Positions 52,595 through 64,000 of a stretch of DNA of 64,000 nucleotides are shown one piece after another; positions within the stretch are counted from its first letter, which is position 1, and each line of letters opens with the position of its first letter. The notes below the pieces were generated by a model, which worked only from the letters and a program-made list of their open reading frames with translations, was not told the origin of the DNA and made no database searches. The stretch is from the NCBI GenBank assembly GCA_965644295.1, contig CBFFRP010000291.1:165602-229601 (forward strand), given 5' to 3'. The translations under genes were made by a program, and so were the position numbers. The DNA is from Paraphysomonas bandaiensis (lineage: Eukaryota > Protista > Chrysophyceae).

Positions 52595-53728
52595 GTTGAT
52601 TTACTTCATCACTACATTACTCTAATAGTATAGTATGCACTACCTATTAAATACAGAAAGTGCTGCGCCTCACAATGACAATAACACTTAACATCAGTTG
52701 TACCTTTCAAAAAATGACGTTTCGATTAGTAACAAACATCTATAAATTAGTGTTTCTTACAGCATTTTCATTGTTTGGGAAGGCATTATCATCCTATCTC
52801 ATATACATACGTATACAGCATTCACATACACTTCTCGTACACTCCATTTTACTTTGACTTCATGATTTTTTGTTCACTATATCTTATGAGCGTATTATAT
52901 GAAACTCCTCAAATTGTTTAGTACAAGTATTAGGCGGTTTTGGCTTTGGTGAAAGTAACCAACTTATAAGGATAAGAGCAAAAGCGTCTGATGCTTTTTA
53001 AAACACCTCTCAATATACATAATACGACATGAAAAGTACCATACTATAAATGTTTTTTCATATAAACCATCAAAGAGTTGACTACACTCATACAAGAAGT
53101 AACTTCTTGTATATATCAGCTACACAACATACATAATAACAGTACTTGTAAGCAAACTACCACATATTCAGAATACTGTATGTGAAATTCAATTAAAACG
53201 ATTAGTCTTACTAAATACTGAAATAAAAACAGTTGTAAACAAGCTAATGAGAGTTAACGTAGGCATGGATATGTAACTGATGTCCTCGTAGGGCTATAAG
53301 CAATGATTAATAAGCTTACTGCAGTACACTCTTGTAATGTATCAACATACTGTTATCATCATAGATGCTGATACACGGAGAGAGTATCTGAACCCTAAAC
53401 TCCTCCTAAAAGTCATAAAAATCGCTGTTTTCCTTATAAAACTGGGTTATTAGCATTTATCTATTAATATTAGTAGTTTTCATAGAAATATGGGTTTTCT
53501 TTAATGTAAATCCACTGTTTTTGATGTTAGAGAAAATGTAGCCCACACAACAGTAAAAAATCAACGGAACTCTCCATATAGAACTGCAGCACTCTGTATA
53601 TATATGCATGTATATCCAACTATCCAACCGTTTTATATATGATGCAGTGTGTTTGTTTGATAATATAACCATACACACTATATTTCTATCGATATTAATC
53701 GCTCAACGAGTTAATTGTTGCTAGACAA

Positions 53729-54962
53729 ATGCATTCTTTCGTATCGTTGACGCTGCTTATCATTGCTGCACCATGCTATTGCGAAGATCCAATATCGTTT
53801 CACGACTTGTTTGTTGTTGAACCTTCCGGGAATGCAGTTATGCGATTACGAGGATACGACCGCGATGGCGACTCGGTATATTGTATGGATAATACAATTC
53901 ATGTCGGCTAAATTTTGTGTCCACAGTTGAAGTACAGAGTAACGTCTGTTCCGAAGTCTGGAAGTTTACACCAGCTCTCTAAGGTCTACAGCGCTTATGG
54001 TTACGATCCCAAGGACGGCACTCGCATTACCAACACGCCTGTTCTCGTCACTGGTTCAAAAAATAGAGTATACTACAAACGTTCTACCCCAGATATAGCT
54101 ACTAACAATAAGGTAAGTCATGAGAATATTATATACATCCAGCTAATTTCCTTGCAGTGGGGCACATTTAGTTACACTGTCAGTGATGCAAGGGCAACAT
54201 CTTATAACGCCACTGTTACTCTCGTACCCCCTTCTGGAGCAATTGTAGGAAGTAATTTTCTCTTGAACAATGAGGGTTGGAGGGTGGTCGGCAATAGAGA
54301 AGCTTACACGTCTGCCCAATACGAACCCTACAGCCGAGGTTTGCTATTGAACCACTACATTATAGGCACAGACGACAAAATTAATGTGGACAGTTCCGAT
54401 AGTCAAGATATGTCATTGTGGTACTTCGATGCCCCTGAATCCTATCTCGGTAATATGGGCATTGCATATGGGGGCTCTTTCGAGTTTACCGTGGCTGCCT
54501 TCTCAGGCGATTTTTCTCAGTTGAACGATGATGTGAGTACATAATTATGGTATAATTTTTATATTCTAATGTGCTTGTGATAAGGCGCATTTGGTCGTAC
54601 TGGACTGTGAAGATTGTGTTGGTCCTGTGGGTTCGGGTATCACGTTGGCGTATCCACTCAGCACCGCCCTTGCGAAACAGTCATTCAGTGGAGATGCGGT
54701 CACGTTTACTCTCTCATTACATGAGAAATCGGGATGGGTGAAAGATCCCCAGAATTCTCTCAAACGATGGACTACTCCATCCCAGTGTGATCTTATTCAA
54801 GTTCTCTCAAGACTATCGTCTGTCCGCATCCTTGGCGATTTCACTAGATGGTATGAGAGTGTTGCTATTGACAATGTGCTGTTTTACAATAAGAAGGGAG
54901 GACAGATTCCTGTATGTGCTATGCATCGACCTGATGCGAGCATATGTACGTGTTCAAATTAA
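53729..54962 (+). CDS. Secreted protein with a laminin-B (laminin IV)-like domain (multi-exon)
   Basis: Signal peptide; EGWRVVG, WYFDAPESYLGNMGIAYGGSFEF, LIQVLSRLSSVRILGDF, ESVAIDNV. Confidence 0.75.
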
Positions 54963-55597
54963 TCATGACGTGGAGTTGGTTAGTGTTAGAATTAAACGCA
55001 GTCAAAGTCAGTTGTATATTTTAAATAATAAGAATAGATCAACATGTCAGTATGGAATAAATACACGTATAGCGGGCGTTTTCCATTCTGGTAGTAAGCT
55101 GAGGAAGGAGTGCGTGAACTGTAGTATATGAAGTTGAGGTTCAGTAGAGCCTTGTGTGTAGTGTAAATAGCAATAGTAAACTAGCCCTTTCAATAATGCA
55201 GTAGTAGACTTCGGTCCTCATAGGACGAGAATATTTCTGTAGCACACTTGAACTACCCAGTAGGTTTTGGTTAAGTTCTTTTCTCGTTTCGTTGAAAAAA
55301 GTAAAATATTCGTATTGATTAAGATACGATACATAAAAATTTTACTCGACATAAAGAATCATAGTAAATAGGTAGTGGGCTACTGATCAATAGTAAGTGC
55401 TAACCACATCATTATTCAACATCCCTGAAAGAAAAACTAATGTTCATAGTAACAATGTTGCACGACAAAACAACTTATCCTAAATTTTGGTTTTTAAGTA
55501 CATCGGAGATATTCGTTATATAAACACTTCTCGTACACCCTTAAAAATTGAATTAGTGTGTATAAACCTATACTTAATTTATAGACATTACAATGAA

Positions 55598-55765
55598 TTA
55601 TGAAGAGTTATCATCTGCTAATTTCTTTGCTTTTATGCGTGCCTTATCTCGCAACACACCCTTGTGCATTTCCTCTTTCTCTGCTGTCTGTAGATAATGT
55701 ACATAAGCTACAATAGCACCCGATAAAATACAAGTGCCCAAGAAAATAGTACCACCCTTGGGCAT
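55598..55765 (-). CDS. PET117: Cytochrome c oxidase assembly factor PET117 (55 aa, below the ORF-track cutoff)
   Basis: MPKGGTIFLGTCILSGAIVAYVHYLQTAEKEEMHKGVLRDKARIKAKK...: one TM segment plus the VHxxQxxExxxMHxGVxRDxxR signature. Confidence 0.85.
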   Translation of the reverse strand: MPKGGTIFLGTCILSGAIVAYVHYLQTAEKEEMHKGVLRDKARIKAKKLADDNSS

Positions 55766-56406
55766 TATAATAGTGCCAATGTATCCACTGGATAAAGGTT
55801 ATACGCTTATTCTCCACTAAACCTGCAGGGAGTAGAAACTTAGTGAATCAAGCTATTTACTGGCAAGCTAATTTCAAGTCGCTCTATAGCTCTATACGAC
55901 TGATATGTACACACTTCATCATACATAACCATTCATCCCGAATCCACCAAATCAAATGGACATAAACCATTTCTGTGAAATTTTATTGGCTAATAAGTTG
56001 CAAGATGTTGAGTATTTTTTTCATCTAGAAAATCTGTGTATTTCGATATCAAAATTTATCTCAATATATCTCTAAAACCCTGAATTTTGATGACTGCTGT
56101 ATCAAAATACAGGAAATCTACCAATAAGTTATGATGTTGATGTGTGAAAATCTAGTGTAGATATTAAAATTTTGGTATGATAAAACAGCAGCCGTGAATG
56201 CATAGAGTTACATAGAGTCTCCTATAGTTATTATAGAGCTAAGACAAGACCATCATTTGAGTACAATTGTATCAGATATATCATTCAGTACCTCGTAATC
56301 ATCTACAGTGGTTAGACTAAAGGAGTAGTGAAGGAATAATTTCATCTATTTAAAGATGAATGTGTTCAATTTTATATTTGGTAATAAGACATACATATAG
56401 CGATGT

Positions 56407-58119
56407 ATGTATGGGATCATGAAACTGTTCATAGGGAAATCTATATTCCAAGCGATTGAAGAAGGGGATTTAGAGACCACCAAAGCTATTCTCGATAAGT
56501 CACCAAATAAGATACATACAATTGATGGGGTAAAGTGTTGGAGTGTAATGCCGATTGGATTAATGGGTTTATACAGAATGGGCTAACGCCTTTGCATTGT
56601 GCGGTGGACTCCCACGTTGATATTGCAGTGGAGCTGATTCGAAGAGGAGCTCGGATTCCAGTACAAAACCCTGTGCGTATAAATGCAGCCGTTTCACATG
56701 AATGATAATTTTTACAGGGGGGACCCTTACACTGGGCGATCGAAACCAAGCGGTTAGAGATAGCATTATGTTTAGTGGATACTGAAAGTGATATCAACAT
56801 TACCGATGCGGTGTGTGTTTGTGTTCTTCATTTTGTGGCGTGCTAAGACTTGTGTAGGACCAGTGCAGCCCTGTCGCAAAAGCTGCAGCGACGGGCATGA
56901 CTCCTGTGGTTCGCAAACTCATTGAGAAAAACGTCAATCTCGATACACAGACGAAGGTAGATATTTCTGAAAATTCAGTATTTGTATTAGTCTAAATTTT
57001 GTCTGAACCGAATTGTTGTTACTGCAGAAAGGTTATACAGCCCTTCATTTGGCTCTAAAGAATGCCAACATTGAAGCCGCGATATATCTCATAGAGACAC
57101 GTAAAGCTCTGAACATTCGTGATTCGGTAATATCATACTTCTTATGCGTGGTATTCATAATTATAACATTATATATGCGCGCAGCGTGGTAGGACTGCAC
57201 TTTGCCTTGCCATCAAGGAAAAACACTTCCCTATTGTTACGAAATTGCTAGATAACGGAGCTGATGTTGAACTCGAAGACGAGGTAATGCTGAAATATAC
57301 TTGATGATGTAAATGCTCATGTGACTTCTGTATAATCGGTGGATAGAATGGCTGGCGTGCTATTCATCGTGCCTGTAGTGATGAGAACGAAGAAGTATTG
57401 GCAGAATTGCTCTGCCGAGGAGCAGACCCGAATGCGCAAGATGAGGTATGTTTAAATCCAACCTTGTTGCATTTTACTTTACTCACTTATAAATGAATAA
57501 TATACAGAACGGTTGGACGCCTCTTCACTTGGCTTCATGGAAGGGCTACAGCGAAATGATAGGCATGCTCCTCAAACACCGGAGTGATGTTAACTTGACC
57601 ACTGTGGTGAGTCTTATTGCTTTTTGGGGTTTTTCGTTGAGTTAGTATTATGTTCTTATCAATCTGGACTCTGTTTCCTGTAGTAATCGTGCTCTCTCAT
57701 TGCAGGATGGAAATACAGCTCTTATGTGGTGCTTACGCGGAACATCATCACGGCACAAAGTCGTTGCTGATCGACTGCTTGATGCTGGTGCAGATGTCAC
57801 AATTGCCAACAAGGTATTGAAGCAAGAAAGATATATTCATATCGTTTATACGAATACAATGTGATCAGGAGGGACAAACCCCATTACATAAGGCTGCTCA
57901 ACTTGGCTATGGAAAAATGGCTATGAGATTGCTAGATCTTGGAGCTGATATTGAGGCGAAAAATAATGTACGTTTACACGCGATTGTTTGCGATACGCGG
58001 TTTTATTAAACTGTATCTTATAGGAAGGAGAAACACCTCTTGATGTTGCTAAAGATGAAAATGTCAAAAATCTTCTTAAAATGTCATTAGCAAAGAAGAA
58101 AATAGTTGATACAGATTAG
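56407..58119 (+). CDS. Ankyrin-repeat protein, 11 exons, one repeat per exon (not in the ORF track)
   Basis: Internal exons 56577-56672, 56718-56810, 56858-56956, 57028-57126, 57185-57283, 57347-57445, 57508-57606, 57706-57813 and 57869-57967 each encode one GxTPLHxA repeat. All introns are phase 0 GT-AG. Start at 56407 or 56419. Confidence 0.92.
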
Positions 58120-58881
58120 CATTACTCATCTGAAACGATGCTGCTGGGCTTCATTTATTGAAGGTGCAACGTGCCATGGATACCACAATATTTATCTACA
58201 TGTTACCTAAAGCTGTTGACTCAAAGGGGTCTGTAGTCTGTGGTGTATGTTACCTTTCGGTTGTAGTAATAATAGAGTTTGAGGCTGCCCATTGGTGTAC
58301 TCTGTTAGGAGTAGTTGTTAACTGCATCAGCCTATGAGCTTAGTACAATTCAACTGTAGCACAAAGAGAATGGTTGGACCTGTGACAAACAAATTGCAAA
58401 AGTATTGTTGGGTAGCTAGCTTCAATAAGTAAAATACTCTTGCAATAAGTGTTCCCTTGTATTGATATAAGGAAGCGATTACATCTAAAAGAAAAACCAT
58501 GACAATGGCTCACAAGTCAAGCTACTAATTCAGTTCGATTCGATTTCGTATTCCTCTACACGTGGAACTTTATTCTCTATCATCATCTCTCTACCTTATA
58601 GTATGGTAAGCCATATGGCGTCTTTAAATACTCTTGTATGGAACGAGTTCTAAGCAATTGTTTAATTGCTATAGCAATGCAATGCACCTTGCAAGATATC
58701 ACTTCTGTAAGGTTTAAGATAATATGGTTACATCACTGATCTGCGTATTGCAAAATTTCAGTTTTTTCTCCTAAAAACACAAAAAACCATACTTTTATTA
58801 ATTACTGAATAAAATATAGGGTTATCACATAATTAGACACATTTTATACTATGCTGCTACGACGTGTGTGTACTGCAGAGT

Positions 58882-59022
58882 TCCTATGTGTATTTTTGTT
58901 CAAAGATGCCTCTAATATTGAGACAACAATTATCTGTATTCCAGCTGTAGTTGTATGTAGGTACTATAGAGTAAATTTGCTTCAATATATTTCCGAGTAA
59001 TAAGATGCTGACTGCCAATATT
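58882..59022 (-). mobile_element. MITE-like element, copy 5 (one TIR lost)
   Basis: Reverse-complement match to the 151-bp consensus, ending GATGCTGACTGCCAATA. Confidence 0.85.
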
Positions 59023-59045
59023 GTGTACACTCTGTAGCATATTTT

Positions 59046-59197
59046 CGTATCGGCAGTCAGAATCATATTTTTTCGGAAATAAATTGAAGCAAAATTCCTC
59101 AATATTACTGATATACAACTGCGGCTGGTATACACATAATTGTTGTCTCAATATTAGAGGCATCTGTGAACAAAAATATACAAACGATGCCAATACG
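59046..59197 (+). mobile_element. MITE-like element, copy 6 (head-to-head with copy 5)
   Basis: CGTATCGGCAGTCAG...GATGCCAATACG. Confidence 0.9.
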
Positions 59198-59282
59198 CTC
59201 TACATAATCACACTGCATTAAAGTAACACTTACATTACCAGAGTTATATTCATATCATAACACGTAATCCTCATTTAATCCA

Positions 59283-60847
59283 ATGGAACCATCATCTCGA
59301 TCAGTGGATATTCACCCAGTGAGTTTTCTATTACACTCTATTGATATATGTATGATTAATTATATGTATTAGCTGGTAATCACATCTGTGTGTGATCACT
59401 ACACCAGACTCTCTCTAGGAGGATCTATTCTCCCTCCTAATGCTCCTGTGATCGGGCTGTTATTTGGCACTAGAGATGGAGTCAATACATCACTACATGA
59501 TGCCACTGAAGCTGTTTATCAGTACAGTGATTCTAATATTATATTAAACCATGAATCTATACTGAAGAAGAAGGAGCTCTGGACGGCGGTGTATACAACC
59601 CAAGAGCTAGTTGGGTGGTATACTGTAGGTACTGATGTGTCACCGTATCATCTCCAAATGCATAGAGAAGTACGTGTGTTGCTCTGTATTAGCGGTGAGG
59701 ATAACAACACGATTGTTTTTTAACAGATGATGGCGTTCAGTCCGGACTTATTGTTTTTATTTATGAACTCCTCAATTGATGTAGGTGCATCATCTGATGA
59801 TCTTGTCATTATAGTGCGTGGAATGTGTTGACATCCACTCACACTCATTCCACCTGTACACGCTCGTTGACGCACTAACTCCATGTGTTCTACGTAGCAC
59901 GATGCAAAGCACCTGCCACTCTCTGTCTATGAAATGCAGTCAGCAGGATCAAACCAGGCTTTTGTGGAGTGCACGTTGAAGGTAAATGTTTCTTGCCAGA
60001 CCTCACTCACCATTGTAACTATAATGCAGATTGAGTCCTCGGAAGTTGAAAAAATTGCTATAGATGAGGTGTTAAAATATGGCCACACTGATGGAAAATC
60101 ATCCGGTAAGGAGAAGTGTATGTTGTGCTATATATAGTGGTTACCTGTCAACTGTAATTCCATTATTTGGATAAAAAATGTATGCAAAGTGCACAACATC
60201 CTACATATTTTAGCACATTGTATCCTAGTGTAGATTACCCTAACGATATCCTTATTGTGTGGCTAGTGGAGGCACAGAATGCTTCAGTATTATCTTCACT
60301 TAAGTCGCTAGAGTCTCGAATCGATGTCCTCGTCACAGCTCTACAAGACATGCGGTCTGGTATGCGTCATATATACGTTATCAGCCAGTCGTTCACTACA
60401 TGCGAACGTAATTATAGCAGAAGCACACACAACATAATATTATATGCATGGGGTACTAATATAGATTGATTATATCTACAGGTAAAATTCCGAGAGATGA
60501 CGACCTCTTGCGCCATGCAGCATACATATGTGGAAAAATTCCTCCTTCTGGTCATGTCAGTGACCATATTCAAGAAAAACTAAATGAGGTGCGGTGCCGT
60601 CAATGCAAATCAATTACCAGATGTGTGATATGGTAGTGGATACCTTGCAGATGGAGATACTCTGTACATTCAATATAATCTCTACATCATTTAACATTTT
60701 TATCGTATTTCACAGGACCTAGAGGATACTCTTGCTGTATCACTGCTGAGTAGCATCAATTCAAACCTTACAATGCTAGAGGAAGTATATACATGTTACT
60801 CAGTAGCTCATGGGGAACGGGTTCCAACGCCCAGAATTCGAGGATAA
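59283..60847 (+). CDS. CSN6: COP9 signalosome subunit 6 (MPN- domain, multi-exon)
   Basis: VDIHP|LVITSVCDHYTR, VIGLLFG, ELVGWY, ESSEVEKIAIDEV, SLKSLESRI; no JAMM His residues. Confidence 0.85.
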
Positions 60848-61400
60848 GGTGAATATTTTCTCTGGTACCGTTTCTATACCTGGCGGATGCTATTTACAAA
60901 GCAAGAACACTTTGCACATTGCCTATTGATCGCTGGCCAATTATGTTACGTGTGATTGATAGTTTGTGGATGGTACCGCCATTTATGTATTGTTTTTAGT
61001 TTCTAGTTATTTACAGTGATAAGAAGGATTGCTCAATATCCTCCTGCTAAGTTCAATCGCCTTGGCTCTATAATCTGAGGGCTAGGGAACAATATATTAC
61101 TATACTATTGTTACGTGGCGTCCCTATTAGAATATGGACTGTATCCTAGTATATTCAATGTGGTACTTGAAGACAATGTACGAGAATACAGTGAAGTATG
61201 GTGATGTGTAGATGCTGTTATGATATTGAGAAAACTGAAATAGTTTGCTCTTTCAAGATATGTTTAGTAGCGAAAGGTCTACAGAAGTAGTGATTTATGC
61301 ATGGCACAAAACGAGCTTGTGTTGTTTAACACAATTTGTGTAAACGATATTAATAAATCTATCTAGTCTAACAACTTAATCTCTCTTTGATCTAAGTAAA

Positions 61401-64000
61401 ATGAGCATTTCCCAACATGGTAGCGAGCGAGGAGGAGAGAAGGAGGATAGAGGAGTAGTTCCTCAGTTCAACGAGACTAACGTTGAACAATGGATTGAGG
61501 ACTTCGAGACATTCCTTATGAGGAAGGAACAAAGCGAGGTAGCGGTGGAACTGCCACCTAAGGAGAGCGACTTCGGGGAGCAGCCACTTACGTTGATGGA
61601 GGAGAAGGCGTACAGACAGGCTGTGAAGAGGTATTGGAAGGCGAACGCCATAGAGCTTATTCTTACTGCAGGGATGCGGTGCAGCATTCCCCGAAAGCGC
61701 TGCGTAAATTCCATCTTACCCACAAAGCGTTCAAGGCAGAAGGGAGTGGTGTAAACAGGTTCAAAACACATGTAATGATTGATGAGTTGAAGAAGTGTTT
61801 TGCTGGAGGGAAGCAAAATAGGATCAGTGACCTCTTAACTCAATATGGTTCTTTCCGTATGCGTCCGGAGGAGACGGCGAAGGACTACGTACTACGGTTC
61901 GAACTACTGCTGAAGGAACTACAGGAGCAGCAGCAGGATATCTCGGAGGTATCAAAAACAAGTCGACTACGAGAAGGCTTGCTCAATGAAGAGTATGCTC
62001 AACTGAGAGTTGGATTATACTTGATGGATGATGATGTTAATTATGTAACTGTATCACGTAAGATAGAAGGCTATGATGATACTATGGCTGGGAAGGAAGC
62101 GTTGGAGAAGAAGCGTAAAAGAGTGGAGGAGCTGAACCTGATAGACAGTAAGAAACGATATCGCAGAGAGAGGGATCATCGTAAGAAGAACAACGGTAAG
62201 AAGAAGCCGATGAAGAAGGATACAGAGATTACAGGGCAGCGACCTGGAAGTGCCGAATATACTGGGTGCAGAAATTGTAAGTCAAAGGAACATCTTGCCA
62301 TCGATTGTCCAGCATCGAAAAAGAAGTACTCGCAAAGCAAGAGCAAGGCTGTGAGGTTTCAAGATGGAAGGAAACCAGACAAAAGACTACTTACAGTTGA
62401 AAACATCAGGCGTGGAGAGCCAGCGGATTTGTCTGACGAAGACGAAGCAAATATGATCGAGCAACAGGAAGAGTATCACTTGTCATGTAATGTGTATGAG
62501 ACGAATATATGCAGTAGTGTGCATGAGGATATTCACTATACATACATTGATACCTGTTGTTCGTCATCAATGTTTTTGATAAATGATGTGAATATACTTG
62601 ATAGTCATATGCACACATCAAAGGTTATTAATGGTTCGAAAAAAGGGTCAGAGATATGCGTCACGAGTGTGGGTTCCCGTGGAGCATGGAAGAACATTGA
62701 GGTATCAAGTCAGATAAATCGGTGTCTTTGTTCTGGACGGAAGTTGAACGATATGGGATATCGATTTACTGTATGGTATGGTATACAGATATATGACAGA
62801 AATACGGATGAGCTGGTGTTGGAGGGACCTATGAAGAATGGAATGACTGCTGTGCCAACACAGCAGTTATTGGAGCTTCCAGACGTATCGACATCCAGTG
62901 ATTCAGAAGTAAATCTCAGTGACCGTACGGGTGAGGATGAACTGGAGCTGTTACATAGGAGAGCGGGTCATTTTAACAAGCATGCGTTGGTAGAAGCCCA
63001 CAAAAGAATGCTAATTATTGGGACTGGACTGAAACGAAAACATCTCTCGAAACGTGTTTCCAAAGAACAGTGTCTATGTGATGTATGCGCCAGGGCGAAG
63101 ATCACCAGAGTAAGTTTTCGGACAAAGGATGAGGACTCCGTTCGTCCAAATTTCTCGGCCGATATAGCAGTATACTTAAATTGTCCAGCTCGAGGAGGGG
63201 AAATATATGTGCTCAAACTAACACACCATGCCAGTCGGATGTTCTGGTCGGAAGGGCTTGTTCATAGGACTGGGTCATCGGTACTGCAGGTTTTCAAGAA
63301 GATTTTTGAAGGAGATGTGAAAAGGTACAAATTAGAAATGCATCATTACCATGCAGATGGAGCAGGGGAGCTAATATGTGATGAGCTGCGACAATATCTT
63401 AGGTCACAGGGTTGCTATCAACATACGTGGAGCTCTACGGACTCTCCTGAGATGAACGCGATTGAGGAGCGGAAATTCAGGACCTGTGGTGAGATGACAT
63501 TAGCGATGCTGATTCAGTCAGGATTGCCTTCACAGTTTTGGCTAGATGCCTACATGGCAGCCAGGTACATATTAATTCGATTGCCTACAAAGACAGCGAA
63601 GGGGTATATGTCCCCTCTTGAATTTTTGACTGGTGAGGCTCCCAACCTGAAATATCTCAGAGTATGGGGGTGTCGTGCGTATGTCCTCACTACAAAGGCG
63701 GATCGACGGAAAGACTGGGACGACAAGGCCCTTATCGGATATCTGATAGGATATTCAGATGAAAAGGTAGGATATGATGTATATCTACCTGCGACTGATA
63801 GGGTCGTCACGTCGGTACATGTATTAACTGATGAGTCCATACCGTCACGCTCGGAGAGCTATTTCGCTGAGATAGATGCTCTTCGAGTGAAGGAGGCCGA
63901 GAGACCGAAAATTGTGTCTGACTATGCGGGCTTAGAAGGTACATATCATATTGATGATGAGGACGGACTTCTGTATAAGACAACAAGAGTTGTAGAACGT
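61401..64000 (+). pseudogene. Copia gag-pol with one frameshift near 61650; otherwise open to the window end
   Basis: VPQFNETNVEQW (gag N-terminus), zinc knuckle CRNCKSKEHLAIDC, protease YIDTCCS, LLHRRAGH...CDVC, integrase core SAD/HADGAGE/NAIEER, LRVWGCRAY. Confidence 0.85.
61418..61429 (+). promoter_or_regulatory. Primer-binding site, probably tRNAiMet (TGGTAGCG...)
   Basis: Immediately follows the LTR end CAACA; complementary to the ...GCUACCA 3' end of eukaryotic initiator tRNA. Confidence 0.75.

Larger units (their letters stand above)
61109..64000 (+). mobile_element. Ty1/Copia LTR retrotransposon, 5' part (LTR ~61109-61417, PBS, gag-PR-INT), truncated by the window
   Basis: LTR TGTT...AACA with an uncertain left end, PBS TGGTAGC, and Copia domain order with integrase directly after protease. 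Confidence 0.93.

Noticed and set aside
11912-60847. Alternative genetic code or stop-codon readthrough explaining fragmented ORFs
   Set aside because: The breaks I traced are explained by short GT-AG introns that restore the frame.
61600-61760. Programmed ribosomal frameshift in Copia
   Set aside because: The shift is early in gag rather than at the gag-pol junction, and no slippery heptamer is evident; an indel is simpler.
1-64000. tRNA or rRNA genes
   Set aside because: No cloverleaf with T-loop/D-loop consensus or rRNA-like tract was recognised by eye; a tRNAscan/Infernal run would be needed to exclude them.

Overview
Gene-dense eukaryotic (protist) genomic DNA with short GT-AG introns; gene content and style suggest a stramenopile, which is an inference. 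I can support 20 protein-coding genes: an F-box/ankyrin-like repeat protein, two hypotheticals, a giant-virus-type WLM-like metallopeptidase, SSRP1, a WD40-TRP-like channel, a 7TM receptor-like protein, a PX protein, VPS8, COMMD10, a PhyH dioxygenase, a PUB-ankyrin protein, two head-to-head kinesins, a JmjC-TPR protein, a degenerate soluble-adenylyl-cyclase/STAND protein, a laminin-B-like protein, PET117, a one-repeat-per-exon ankyrin gene and CSN6. PET117 and the ankyrin gene are absent from the ORF track. The 5' part of a Ty1/Copia element runs off the right edge, and there are LTR, hAT and MITE remnants and long (TACA)n arrays. The most striking structure is a 151-bp TIR element present six times, each copy within about 260 bp of a start codon and five with the same end facing the gene; two of those genes are the intronless, virus-like ones. 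Sixteen of the 20 genes are in divergent pairs with a recurring A-tract/(TACA)n architecture. Exon boundaries were read by eye and family assignments come from motif recognition, not database searches.
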